Program-made: the position numbers and the translations under genes | The notes under the pieces: model-generated | What the model saw: the letters and a program-made list of their open reading frames with translations, nothing else | Told to the model about the DNA's origin: nothing | Database searches by the model: none | DNA from: Lepidodermella squamata | Lineage: Eukaryota > Animalia > Gastrotricha | Direction: 5' to 3' | Assembly (NCBI GenBank): GCA_047495785.1 | Contig: JBLDXI010000019.1 | Coordinates: forward strand, 620,001-684,000 | Length of the DNA: 64,000 bases | Shown here: piece after piece, positions 1 to 13,094 of the stretch | Layout of the letters: each line of letters begins with the position of its first letter | Numbering within the stretch: position 1 is the stretch's first letter

Positions 1-1912
1 AACTATGATGAATTCACCGTTGACATCTACAGCGCCAAGTTACAGTGGATCACGTAAGTTGAGATTCCTGATAATAGCTCTGATCGAAACTTAACTTTAA
101 TTCAGTTGCTTACCTGAAAGAGCAATCCTTCGACGGCTACAGCCTGCGTATGTTAATCATTATCACTAAATACTTAGACATTTAAATTAAAAACAATTAT
201 ACAGGTAATTGGATTGTTCATAGTAAAGACAGTAACAGCAACCCAGCGGCTGCACACACAGCTCCGAGACTCTTACGACCACTTGGAGGTTTGTATCTCA
301 TGCCGAATGCTGATACCAGGCAAAGCGTTATTTACTGCCTCAGCGTAAGATATTATAATCTCAACGGATGAAGTTTATTTTTCGAAATTATTTCAGCCCA
401 TCTTGAAGCAAGGCTCAGAGTTTAATTATGCAGTCATCGTAGCAATAAATTTTCTCACATACCCTAATATTGATGGCTTGGCTATAATATTGGCGCCGCA
501 ATCTAACTTCTCAAATAATGGCTGGTCATGTAAGGGTTCAGATAAGCTTAAATGTTCCTTAAGGTTTAAATCATGAAAATCCCAGGGATCAAGGGCGAGT
601 TCTGGGCCCAGGTCCCCGTTATGGGCATACACCTTATGCTGCTGACCGCTAACGGGGCAACCTCCCTGCGACTCGTCTATATGCCGCAGCCAACCTCAGA
701 AAAGGTCCGAAGTTTGCCCCCGATAGTTCCAGAAATTCCGCTAACCAGCCGGCAAATTAATGGAAATCTGACGTTTGAACTTGTGTTCCAGGAGGATTTC
801 ATCACGGTGAATTTTTCTTCGAAAATTTCTCTATTAATGAAATTCAGTGCCCAATAGGTAAGAGTGACGTGTAATGATGGAAGCCAGATTGTTCTAGCCG
901 ATCGGGCAAATGTGATTGGAATTTCAACAAACGGCCCTTGGTCTGTCGGCATTGGAGTGAGAGCTACAGCGAATGCATCCGATTTTATCATTTACTCTAT
1001 AAGAACCCACTGGCTTGGCAATAGCACTGTGAGTACTACAACGACATCAACGACTTCGACAACATCCACGACATCGACAATGACCGAAAGGTCTTCGTCA
1101 GCTACGACTATTACCCCGGAAATTTCAAGAACGATTTCTGATAGTTCGGTCACTCTAAGTAGCAATATGATCCTTCAAACATCGACTACGTCACCTGCGC
1201 CGAAATTGATTCCCACTTCAAAGGAACCTTCAACTGCTCGGTTGTATGACGATCCCAGCTATGTTCTACTAAGTTGGTCCCTTTGAATGTAATAGGGAAA
1301 ATCAAAGCGTGAATGATTTTATTTAATATAGAAGCTGAGGCATCCTTCACGCTAGGAGGAAATGTGTCTCTCCCAGGTGGTCGAATTATTTCAAGTGAAG
1401 AATTGCCAAGTGATCTAAACAATGCTTCATCCATTCTCTTCAAAGAGGTCGCTGATGTTATTTCGAAAGCCGTGAGTAGTCCTTTTTAACGTTGGGAATG
1501 TCTTTTATTGTGAAAGAAAATGCAGGTCACGCAGTTTTATATGGCGACTGGCGAATTCAATGATGTCAACGTCACTGTCACTTCGATCCGAAAAGGGAGT
1601 ATAATTTCTGACTATATCGTAGCCCTGAGAAGCCTGACGCAATTGTCTGAGGAGCAAATTCAGAAGAAAGTGCAAGATGCTGTTCGTATAATCGTCTCAA
1701 CAGCTGCGAAAGTAATTCAGGGCATCAACATCAAAGAAGTTGGCGAAACGACTGTATCTTCGGTGTCAGTTCTGTCTCGTCCGAAGAATGTGCTGACTAC
1801 TATGCAAGTTCCACGCAAAGTTGATGATGAGAAAAAGTTTGCATCGAGTCGATCAAATCGACTTTATTCTTCAGTAGCCTTAATCATTTCGTTGGTACAC
1901 GCTAGCCTGTGA
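1..1912 (+). CDS. Multi-exon surface protein, 5'-partial: L-type (legume) lectin-like domain(s), S/T-rich stalk, SEA domain, hydrophobic C-terminus (GPI-signal-like)
   Basis: Spliced reading gives YLKEQSFDGYSL, IDGLAIILAP (~469-498) and GPWSVGIG, then a TTTTSTTS stalk and SEA-type VTVTSIRKGSIISDYIV. It ends in hydrophobic LYSSVALIISLVHASL*, with AATAAA at ~2014. Short GT-AG introns link the ORF fragments. Paralogous to the next gene. Confidence 0.7.
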
Positions 1913-2496
1913 CTTTTCTTTTATTACGTCATCGAAATTTAATCGATGTAGCCAACAGGTTATCTGGATGATACGGTGATGTTTGGTTTTAATTATTCAT
2001 CATTGATTTTGCAAATAAATATTTCGATCGAGTGAAAAGATGGGGATTTATTTTGCTACGCCTCGGAGCTGTAAAATCTTTCCAATCAAGCTCTTGGGAG
2101 CAATCTATATTATTCAAATAATTTATCATAATTTACCTTCTTCGCCCAAAAGCCTTTTCAGCTTCCGGTAACGAAATTAGAAATTTCCGATAATTTTGGT
2201 TAAAAATTCCCTATTTTCATTGAAACACAAGAATTTTCCAATACTTCCCGCTAAATTTGCCAAAACTTCCGCTTCCATCGATACCGCCCGCAGTAGGACC
2301 CTTTTTCCAGCCATGGCAAACTCAGCATCGTCTAATTATCGAAATTCTCTATTGCAAAAAGCAGCACTGTATGGGGACAATGCTAACAATGTTTGCTATT
2401 AATCAAAAAATGTCTTCGAGTTTCAGATGTTTACAAAATTCTAAAAAATTTGCGTTGTTCCGCACATGAGTGACAAAAAACTGTTCACTGCAAATA

Positions 2497-5400
2497 ATGG
2501 AGTATCATCACATCGGAAGGTTGATCCTAATCGTGGTTATGCAAGCTAATTTTGTGTCAGCTGCAGTATCTTGGATCCCTTTGCCGGAACTGAGCTTTGA
2601 TGGTTCTTCTGATGGTCGGTTTTCGCTGAAATATCCATGCTTCTGAACTTGTTTTTGTTTCATTTGAAGCCAACTGGGTGACTGTGGCCAAATCTATTAG
2701 TACGCAGAAGGAATATCTACGGTCTCCACCCATTTCAGCTAACAACTATGTACTGCATCCGTCCACGGTGCAGGATCAACAAAGCGCATTTTATTCGAAA
2801 AATGTGAATTATCCGGAATTATTCCGACTTCAAAGCACATTATTATCTTATTTTTTCCAGACATTGCCGCAAAATGTGAACAATTTGATGGTAAAAGTAA
2901 CTGTCGACCTGTCACCCATCACCGGCGACGGTCTGGCGGTATTTTTCGTACCGAAAGAAACTCTTGCGATAACTGTTCCATGTAGCTTTTCTCGAATTAT
3001 TCGGTTTTTTAAACCAATTTCCTTTTTTTCCAAGCCTTTTCTTTTTTGGCAACGGCATTCAAAGGGCTGGCGATGCTTGTTCAGCCATGCGAGAAGATAG
3101 CTCGTTTGGCTGCTGATATGGGTGGCTACGACGCTAAATACGCGAATGCTTCACTTGCGGAAGTGTCTTGGAAATCGTACTCGTCCAAATTTCAGGGGAA
3201 ACACTCTTACACATTCTCATTTGTCGGCGACTATTTATCTGTATGACCTTCCAGGGTAACAGATAACTGACTGATTTAGCTATAATTTATTAGGTTGATA
3301 TGCTTGGTGCTGATGGCAATGGTCATGTGATAGCGAAAGACATTTTCTTACCGAAATTTCTGCAATCTGGACCTTGGGTGATTGGGGTTGGAGCTCAAAC
3401 TCGCACTGTTTCACAAACATTGAAAGTTGTTACCATCGACACCTCATTCTCCAATGAGGCCACGGTAACTTCAAACGGAAATTTCAGCCCCATTCCGGGT
3501 ATGAACTTCGACGGCAGCAGCTTGAGTGGCTGGACTATAGCGAGTGGAGACGTTTTAAAGCCGCAAGACTATCCCACTTTTGCCTTAAGCCCTCCTTTCG
3601 GGATTCCTCTCCTTACGAATGGCCTGGCTCGTTTGACTAAATTTGTCGCTAATCAAGTAAAAGTCCTATTAAATCTAAGTATCAGCATGGCAATCTTCCT
3701 TTTTACAACAGCTTTTGATGCCTTGTGGATGTGAAATAATGATCAAATTTTCGGTGGTGATCGAACCGGCTACAGAAGGTGATGGAATAGCCTTCTATCT
3801 ATACCCACCTGATTTAAATCTGCCTAAAGGTCAGATACTAAAGTGAGATCTATTAAATTAATTATACTTGTTTCCTTAGCTGGTCCTGATTCTTTCTTCG
3901 CTCCTGAACCTTTCAGAGGTTTCGGAATTTTCCTATCGCCTCACGACGCAGCCTCGGTGAAAACTGTTCATTGCTACAACACATACTCTAGCATCAGAAA
4001 TTGCTTGCAAATTGGATCACTCCCACGTAATCAAGAAATGTTCGGCTATACCAGCCATGAGCTAAAAATTAGCGGCGATTTCATTACAGTGAGTATCATT
4101 ATTAATTAAGTGATTAATTAATTAATTATTTATTTATTTCAGTATTCCTTTATGACAGCAGCTGGAAAGAATGTTTCGATTGCGACCAAGTTAGAAGCTC
4201 GCGGCTTATCGACAATGGGACCCATGGTGATGGGAATCTCGGTGTATAATGGCAATTTCTTTTCGAAGGTTCAATTGCTGTCGTTCACAGCGTTTGCTTC
4301 ACCTCCAGCTTTGCAAGTCCAAGTTGCACCCCAAATTAGCGACGGTAATGAACAATTAGTAGTTCGTTTGACATTTACCTTCAATAATTCCAATAATTTA
4401 GCCACTTATTTGCCGCACCTGTCATTCGATGGTTATAATCTCAGTATAAGCAATATTTAATTTATTTTAAATTATAAATTATTTTAAATTATTTTCAAGG
4501 AAATTGGACTGTTAACATGAAGGATAACACCGATTTGGATACGATTAACACGAATGCTCCTCGCTTGAAATTTCCGGACATGGGAAATTATCTCCATCCA
4601 TCGTCCACCTCTCGACAGGCTATCATGTTCTGTCAAAATGTAGGGTTACTACAACAACTATAAAAATGCATCATTTGTATACTAAAAATGTTTTATTCTC
4701 AAGGTATTGCAGCAGGGCCTAGGATTCGCTTATCGAATAGTTGTTCCCGTGAAGTACCCGACCATTCCGAATGGCGATGGCTTCGCAATTTTCTTGACGC
4801 CTCAGTCATCTCTCAAATTTTCTTCTTGGAAATGTAAGTAGTTTCGAATACGACACCCTGAGGCTAAACATGTTTACCTAGATTCGAATGGCGAATTTTA
4901 CACGCAAAAGCCGTTTTTGGGCCTGTATTTATTAATTTTGACTTCGAATGGCGAGAACTGGGTCAGGTTAGTCTACATAACCCAGCCAATTTCGAGTTCA
5001 ATCAAAATCCTCCCTACTCTTGTACCGGCGGTCAAGTTGTCAACCATGCAGATCTACCGTGGTGACATAACGTTGGAAATAATTCTGGATGGCGATTTTG
5101 TCTCAGTAAATTTTGCGAAATTTCTCGAGAATTTTTCAATTAATTTCCCTATAAATCAGGCTCAGATTACGTGTGTTGACCTAAGCAAGGTGACTATAGC
5201 GAATCGAACCGAGGCCCCTGGACTGTCATCGGGTGGACCTTGGGTGCTTGGAATCGGGACTAGAGGCAACGCTAATAACGTGACTGATGTGCAAATAAAC
5301 TCGATACAAGTTTTTTCTATCGATGGGGCGTCAACATCGACATCGACTACAACATCTACAACTACAACTACAACATCAAAATCAACTGCAGCATCTACAT

Positions 5401-6277
5401 CTAGTGTAATATCAACATCTAGCTTGGCAACAACTTCCCATCAAAATTCAGTAACTACGACAGCGTCCTTAGTTTCCTCGGCTGCAGCGAATGCCACGTA
5501 TAGTTCAATAAATTCTCAGAGTTTAACAACGACTACGGCAGCATCTTTCGCGTCTTCTACTGCGATGAATCCGACAAATTCAAACGCAAATTCCAATTCT
5601 ACGAAATCCACTACCAGCCCTTCCCCGGCCAATTCAACATCAAAATTGTTCGACATGAGTGAGATACTTTTGACTCCAATAAGCGTTTCGAAAAATCGAT
5701 GATATTTTCTTAGACGTCAAAGCTTTCTTCACGTTGAAGGGTAACGTGACGTTACCTGATGGCAGAAACATAACGAGTGAACCATGGCCTGATGCTTTGA
5801 ACGACCAAAAATCTGAGCTCTTCAATGAAGTCGCGCCCATCTTCGCGGACGCGGTAATTTTTCCAATTAATTTCCGATTTTTTTCGAATTTTCTCCATCA
5901 AGATTACGAAGTTTTATTTGGAAACCGGCGAGTTCAAATCCGTCAACGTGACAATCACTGGTTTCCGGAAAGGCAGCGTTATTGCTAACTACATCGTGGC
6001 GCTGAGGAGTTTAACTCAGTTGACTGAAGCTGAAATTCAGGATAAAGTGAACCAGGCCGTGAAGAAAATGGCAGCATCTGCTGTTCAACTGACCGGTATG
6101 AACATCCGAGATGCCGGCGAGACAGTTCTAGCTTTGACTCCTACGCCGAAAGCTGCGACTACCCCTGTGGCTAACTTGCGGGATTACAAATCTGGAAGCT
6201 TTGGACTACGCTGTTTTGGTAGCTGCATTTCAGCCCTTGCTATTTATTTATTTATTTTCCAATTTAATCCGCTTTGA
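2497..6277 (+). CDS. Multi-exon surface protein: signal peptide, three L-type lectin-like domains, S/T-rich stalk, SEA domain, hydrophobic C-terminus
   Basis: ATG 2497 gives MEYHHIGRLILIVVMQANFVSA (signal-like). Three repeats start LPELSFDG, IPGMNFDG and LPHLSFDG, contain GDGLAVFFVP, GDGIAFYLYP and GDGFAIFLTP, and end GPWVIGVG, GPMVMGIS and GPWVLGIG. S/T tract ~5330-5640; SEA motif VTITGFRKGSVIANYIV; hydrophobic tail; AATAAA at ~6345. Confidence 0.75.
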
Positions 6278-6466
6278 AAAATTGCTGTCGAATCAAGCCG
6301 TGACGATTCCCCTATAATTGTTCGATGTGTGTGAATTTATTTTCAATAAAAATGGCCTGGACCTTTTAAGGTTCCAGATTACAGCCACGCTTCGGAATAG
6401 GAAGACGAAACGCATTTTATTTGTCAAATTTTAAAGTAAACAGGTGAATACCAAGTTAACAAAAGA

Positions 6467-6914
6467 TTAACAGTCAGAAAAGCCAAGGTGAGCTCGTAAT
6501 CTTGCGGCCTCGGCGTAGTTGTCCTGGCCGACCGCGATCTCCGTCAAATCGGCAATAAGCTTCAGCATCCGCGATCTCTCCAAGCTATCTGAATCCGCAG
6601 CCTAAATTATGCGTCAAGTAAAATATATTTTTTAAATTGAAGAAATTTACTTTTTTGATCGAAGCCAGCTCGCCTTCCTTCTGCGCTTTTTCCATCCGCT
6701 TTTTGCACGTTGTCTGACGCCGAAGATGCATGGTCAGAGCGAAGGGTGTCGCGAAGGGCATGCTGCAGATCTTACAGACGTGATCTGATTTCAACAGTTC
6801 AACATGCTTCAGGCGCTGATGTTCGCGTAAAATTTGCAGCTTTGAATAGTGCCGATCGCAAAACTCGCATTCATAAACGCCGGATTCGCTAGGGTTAATA
6901 GCAGCCATGGTCAT
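6467..6914 (-). CDS. Small protein with two C2H2-type zinc fingers and a C-terminal UVR (UvrB/C)-like helical motif; 2 exons
   Basis: Exon 1: CEFC...EHQRLKH and CKIC...MHLRRQTTC. Intron ~6650-6602. Exon 2: AADSDSLERSRMLKLIADLTEIAVGQDNYAEAARLRAHLGFSDC*. Confidence 0.75.
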
Positions 6915-7130
6915 CTTAGAAAAAAAATCTGATGTGATAATAACCGAAAATGATTTGGAATGATTATAGTGACACGCGTGTATTGACTGAAAAAAACAGC
7001 TTCAGTGGGAATGCTTAAAGACGAAAAAAATCTGAATGAAGACTGGAGTAAATTCCATCACATTTATTTATAAAAATTCTTCACAGGATTCAAAATTTAT
7101 CAAACTTTACTAGCTGCATTCGTCCTTAGT

Positions 7131-7610
7131 TCAAATATCAATAAGTCCAAGGTGGCCTTTCAGCTTCAAAACCTTCTGTTGATTGGTTTCTTTTTCGTCA
7201 TCGATTTCCTCGATTAAATGTCGTAGAAATTCTTTTGACTCGAGCTTGAACTGTAAAGAAAAAATTATAATTCAGTTTTCAATCAGCCGGAACCTTACAC
7301 TATTCATTGAAGGTTCCTCGTTCGAGGGTGACTGCTCCTTATTGTCGTTCACGTGCTGTTTGCAAGCGGCTGATTTGCCGAGATGAACCTTGAGCCCGAA
7401 CGGAGTTTCGTAAGGCACTCCGCAGGCCTTACATGGATAATCGCCTTTAACGAGCTCAGGATGCCTGATTCGAAGGTGCTCGCGTAATCGAGCTTGCTTC
7501 GAGAACGTCATGAAGCAATGATTGCAAACAATTTGATCGGACGTGTCACTGCTTCTTGACAGATCCACAGCGTAATCACTTGTTGCTGCGGCAGATTTAC
7601 GCGGGGACAT
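7131..7610 (-). CDS. Small two-finger C2H2-type protein, paralogue of 6467-6914; 2 exons
   Basis: CNHC...EHLRIRH and CKAC...VHLGKSAAC. Intron ~7298-7251. Exon 2 is FKLESKEFLRHLIEE...KVLKLKGHLGLIDI*, whose ending matches LRAHLGF of the neighbour. Confidence 0.75.
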
Positions 7611-8562
7611 GGTTATATTATTCGTATATGAAAAACCTATAACCTATCCGAATGAACGAAAGGGAAGTTGAACTTCGAATGTAAAAGCTATAACGTAGAA
7701 TCTACTTCCATAATCTTAGATTCGTCGGAGGTTATTCTTACACCTGATGCCATTTCATAACAATGCTCGACTTGCCACCATCATTTTCTAAAATTAGAAC
7801 TTCAAGCTTACAGGGCGTTTCATAGCTTCAAAACATCAGCGATAACTACGAATCGCTAGCCGGTGAGGGAAAATGTTGGTGAAAAAGTTGAAGAAGATCG
7901 AAATTCGCCTTTCAAAGGATGAACTCTCGAAATTTAGAAAAAGATCTAATATCTTCGAAAATTCTACAAACGCAAGCGATCATGTTTGACTTGTTACTGA
8001 ATTAATTTCACACTTGAATCTTGCTTGGGGAATCTTGCTTGAAGCTTTTTGAGGTTTCCCGATGAACTGAAGAAAACTTGTAGCTCTAAAACTTTGAAAT
8101 GAGAAAACCCGGAAAAAATGAAGATTCTATATTATATGATTAGGGAATCCAAGCCTATATTCAAATCTTCAATTGCTTTAACGATTCCTAATTATTCTTA
8201 AAAACATGTTAGGGATTTCCAAATAACAAATATCCTTACTTTCTTAATTGGAATGTAGCTCCATTCATCAAGAAGGAGCTACTTGAAAAATTATCATTAA
8301 ACGCGCAATGAGTTATAGTAATTTTCGAAGGTGGCTCATTGCAAAATGGGACCAACCTCAAGGATCTTTCTAACAATTAATATTGATTTAGTGCCAAGCA
8401 TACACATTTTAGGATTCAGTGAAATTTCAACTGAAAACGAGAAACACACGAATTCCAGCGGCACGTGTCAATGCTGGTGGTTGAATCTAAACGCAGTAAA
8501 AAAGTTCTAGTATGCTTTCAAAGAATATTAAAATTTATTACATACAATAATATATCAATAAT

Positions 8563-10469
8563 TTATCTCTTGGGATTGTTATTTTCACTGAAGCTACTTT
8601 CCGCAAAGTTACCATTCGGATCTACATAACGGAAGCCGCTTTCGACGAAGGTATCTCTAGGCTGGAACCTTTGATCTGCGGAGGATTCGCTTTCATCCTC
8701 AGATTCCTTCTCAATGTATCTGAACCCACTCTCGGCAAAGGTATCCCTCGGTTTCTTCCAGTTTTCCTGCTGACTGCTAGCCGACTCACTTTCCTCTGGA
8801 AGATCCACTCGCGATACCCTTTCGCTGCCGTCGATGTATCTGAAGCCACTTTCAGCAAATGTATCGCGAGGTTTCTTCCAATTGGCTTTCCCGCCACTTT
8901 CGCCAATACTGTCGTAGGATTTTTTGACACTGGATGCCCGTCGGGATATAGATTCCTCTTCCCTAACTTTGTTTTCAACAGAAATAGCGACAGGTTTTCG
9001 TAATATTAGATCTAAAATGGCATCGCTTGTAACAATCAGGAACATCGTGAAGCCAATACAGGCCATGGTGAAAGCACCCCATTCAAAGCCAATCGTGTCC
9101 ATGAGAAGACCGGCTATGGGTGTACCGGCACAGGATCCTAGATACCAATTAGCGTTGTAGATACTGGCGATCATTGATGACAAGGCTAGTCCTTCTTTGT
9201 AGCCAACTGATTTAGCCGAGTCGAGAATCATCCCAGGAACAGGATTGACCAGAATCGAAAGGCCGCAAGTTACGGCGATATACCCACCTATCGTCATTGA
9301 AATTGAAGGTTTCAGGAATTCGTGTATCGGAGGGATCGGGCCAACCACAAGGAATCCTAACACAATTATTATAGCTCCAGTAATCATCATCTATAGTAAG
9401 GAAATGAAATTTTCCCAGAATTTTAGTTACAATCCTTACCGTTTGCCGATGCCTTGGGAAAGTGTCTCCCAATTTCCCGATTGCCAAGGCAAATACTGTA
9501 TAACCTGTTGAACCGCCCAGGAAAACTAAACCGACTTGGACAGTATCGGTTAGACCTAGAGTTTCAAAATACAGCGCCAAGGTTGGGGACGGGAATCCTA
9601 GCATGAGGGCACAAGTTGACATGGAAAATGTCATAATCCAAGCTTTTCGGGAGTTTCGATAGAAATGAGTCCATGGCAACGGCTTTTCTTCATCTTTCGC
9701 CCCGCCACTCGAGTTTCCAGCATTTTTAAGAAGCTCAGGTGGTAGAGTAAGCCGAAGAAGGATCATTGAAATGAAGCCTAGTGATAGCAGCATTCCTCCA
9801 ACTACGTAAAAAGGTAGGGAGAATCCTCCAGCTTTGAATAGGACCCCGCCTATAGATGGCCCAAGCATGAAACCAGTTCCTACGGCAGTTTCCAATGCAG
9901 CGTAGCAGGTTCCAATATTTTTTGGGAATAAAGAGGCTGCCATGCTGTAGGCAGCTACGTTGTACCTTGAAATTATGAAAAATTCGATAAATTTTTGAGG
10001 AAAATCAAGCTACTCACAGACTAGCGCCAGCACCTTCGACGAATCTAGCTAGAAAGCAAAGGGCAATGTAGACATCTCCGGCTGGTGATTTATCAAGTAG
10101 GCCAAATAGCATAGTTGCCCCGCCTGCCAGCAGCGTCCCGCCTCCAATCATGAATTGAAGCCCTAATTCGTGAACTAATTGGCCGGAGACGAGACTCCCA
10201 ATGAACATGACAAAGGTGAATGTGCCGAAAATCAACCCAACAACCGTTGTGGAGACGTCACGTTTTGCAGCTTCGGTCGGGAAAAATGGGGCAAATAATG
10301 AGTTGTTCATGCCAAATCCGAGTAGAACCAGCGCGACCAGGCCGAGATTAGCGAGGCGAATTAGGAACTGGCGGCGAGATTCTGGCGGCGATTTTTCGTC
10401 CAAATCCGCACTTTTCCGGCTCAGTTGAGCCACGTAAGGAATGGATGTTGAATGAAAGCTGGCAGCCAT
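8563..10469 (-). CDS. MFS transporter, SLC18B1-like (vesicular amine/polyamine transporter family); 3 exons, repeat-containing C-tail
   Basis: SLFAPFFPTEAAKRDVSTTVVGLIFG, RFVEGAG, ETAVGTGFMLGPSIGGVLF.AGGFSLPF and GLLMDTIGFEW are typical SLC18B1-like motifs; many TM segments. Introns ~10017-9966 and ~9439-9391. Confidence 0.88.
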
Positions 10470-10595
10470 GATCACAAGTCACTTGCTTTTAATTTTTGCA
10501 ATGAATAAGAATTATCGCACGTTCTCAACTCTGCCACCCTCTGAGATAACGAAGGGGAGATTATGAGGAAACGCGACCTAACAGGAATGATTTTA

Positions 10596-12229
10596 TTATC
10601 TTTGTCCTGACTCAAAACTGTTGTAAGATTTGTTATTTATCGATGAATTATTCTTAGCATTTTCGTCAATTTCTCCAGCCTCTTTTTTACCGCAGATTGC
10701 GTCTAAAACCGTGTCGATCGTCAGCATTGAAAACATGAAAAACCCGAAGCAAGCCATGGTGAAGGCTCCCCATTCAAAGCCGATGTTGTCCATAAGTAGG
10801 CCAGCTAAAGGAGTTCCAGCGCATAGTCCCAGGTACCAAGTTGCGTTGTAGATTCCAGCAATCATCGAAGACAGTTCCAGACCGTCTTTGAATCCAACAG
10901 ATTTAGCTGCTTCCAGGATTAAACCTGGAACTGGGGTTGCGATGACTGCTAAACCCGACATTGCTGCGACGTAGCCGACTACTGTTAAAGTCACTGATGG
11001 CTTCAAAAATCCGTGGATAGGAGGTATTGGCCCCATTACTAGGCAACCAAGAACAATTATCATCGAACCAAATATCATCATCTGAAAATAACTGAAAATT
11101 CTTGATTTTTCGCGAAATTTAATAAAAATTCGAACCGGTTGTAGGATTTTTGGGAAGGTGTCTCCTAATTTTCCGAAGGCTAGAGCAATAGCTGTGTAGC
11201 CCAGGGAACCTCCAAGAAAAACCAAACCGACCTCAACCGTGTCAGTAAGACCCAAACTTTGAAAATACAACGCCAAAGTCGGCGATGGGAAGCCAATTAT
11301 GATCGCGCAGATTGACATTGAAATTGACATTACAGAGGCCTTTCGAGACTTGCGATAGAAATGCGTCCATGGCAACGGTTTTTCGTTTGATTCGGAAGTT
11401 TCCTCGTCCGCTGTTTGTTGAAGCAACTCGGGTGGTAAGGTTAAACGTAGAAGAATCATTGAAATAAAGCCGAATGCTAGTAAGGTCCCGCCGATGACGT
11501 AGAAGGGGAGGGAGAAACCTCCAGCTTTGTAAAGGACCCCGCCAATTGATGGGCCAAGCATCGCCCCGGTACCCATGGCCGTTTCCATAGCGGCATAACA
11601 TGTCCCAATATTTTCAGGGTATAAAGCAGCTGCCAAGCTGAAAGCTGCTATATTGTACCTGAAATTAAATTGAATTATTCATTAATTTATCAATTAAATT
11701 TTGCGACTTTTTCATCAATATTTTAAACTTGAAAAATTAATAAAAATTTAAAGTATAATTCCACTCACAGGCTGGCCCCAGCTCCTTCTACAAATCTTGC
11801 GGAAAAGCAGAGAACGATGTAGACAATGCCAGATGGTGACATGTCCAATAGGCCAAATAAACCAGTCGCCCCTCCTGCCAGCAAGGTTCCGCCCCCAATC
11901 ATGAACAATAGGCCGAGCTCGCGGGTTAATTTGCCTGATATCAGGCTGCCAACAAACATGACAAAAGTGAATGTTCCGAAGATGAAGCCTACGACTGTAG
12001 CCGAGACATCACGCCGGTCAGCTTCGGTTGGGAAAAATGGCGCGAACAGGGAATTGTTCATTCCGAAGCCGAGCAGGACTAAGGCGACGAGGCCGAGGTT
12101 GGCGAGTCGAAGGTAGAAATGGCGACGTGATTCAGGCTGCTTTGATTCATTTTTCTGGGAGTCTTCGTTCTTTCCATTGTCGCCGGAATTTCCAATATCA
12201 ATTGTTGCTGCGTGATTTTCTTCGCCCAT
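10596..12229 (-). CDS. MFS transporter, SLC18B1-like, tandem paralogue; 3 exons
   Basis: Same motifs and intron positions as the neighbour. A 54-nt in-frame intron (11135-11082) is read through in the ORF track. ATG at 12229. Confidence 0.88.
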
Positions 12230-13094
12230 TTTTTTCAAAAAATTAGAATGGTGAGTAGAGCAAAAATTATCCCAGCTTAAAATGCCTCGCTATTTTGAGA
12301 TGGGTCGTTTTTTTTGGAAAAGTGCCCTTGACATGAAAAACACTGTTTTATCTCGTTCCTTTCTTCAAACCATGGGACAAAATTTGATAAAACTGCGCTG
12401 TTTTGCCTGATAAAAGTGAAAAAACACGGACGGGGCAGCGGTGTTCTAAATGAGTAAAGTAAGCAGGACGCGGGAAAATAATCTTTGACCTGGCCGAATG
12501 GTAAATGGTAAATCGCCGAAAAATTCAGTGCTTTTAACCCCAGTGAACTATGAATTCAATGCTTATTCAGCGTCAATTCATGTCTTTTTTAAGCGGCGAA
12601 AGATTAACGAGATCTGTGCAATAGCAATTGCCAAGAAAATTGTTCGCCATTCAAATGGAGAGGCCACGGCTAAATTAAGGCGTTTCAGTGGTACACTGAA
12701 CTTTCGTTCAAGGTATTCGCAAACAAGGACTTTTCGCATTTTAAAGTTTCGAATGAAAAATGTTTTTAATCATAGTCACACAGCATCATTTTCTCAATTT
12801 GGCCGAACATTCTTCTTCGCTTCCTTTGATTAAAAAAATCGATTTAAGAGAAATCACTGATTTTTAAATCGATATGCAATATAATGGGTAAATTGCTTTG
12901 GTGTTTAGTAAGGACTTCCGTCCTAGTACTTTTCACTTCTCTGGATTTAAAGGAAAATGCTTAAAATGTTTACTCATTGCGTCGGCCGTGGAACAGATGC
13001 AGAGCACGTGAATTACGAGCCTCAGGAAAATTTCTTGAAAAAAGTTGCCATTTTACTCTAAAATAGCCTATAGGATACCAAGTCAATAGTAAAA

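Noticed and set aside
7755-7860. CSTCHHHF-like string suggesting a third zinc-finger gene
   Set aside because: Opposite strand, no proper His spacing and flanked by stops; likely chance.
12485-12530. tRNA A-box-like TGGCCGAATGGTAA
   Set aside because: No B-box or cloverleaf follows.
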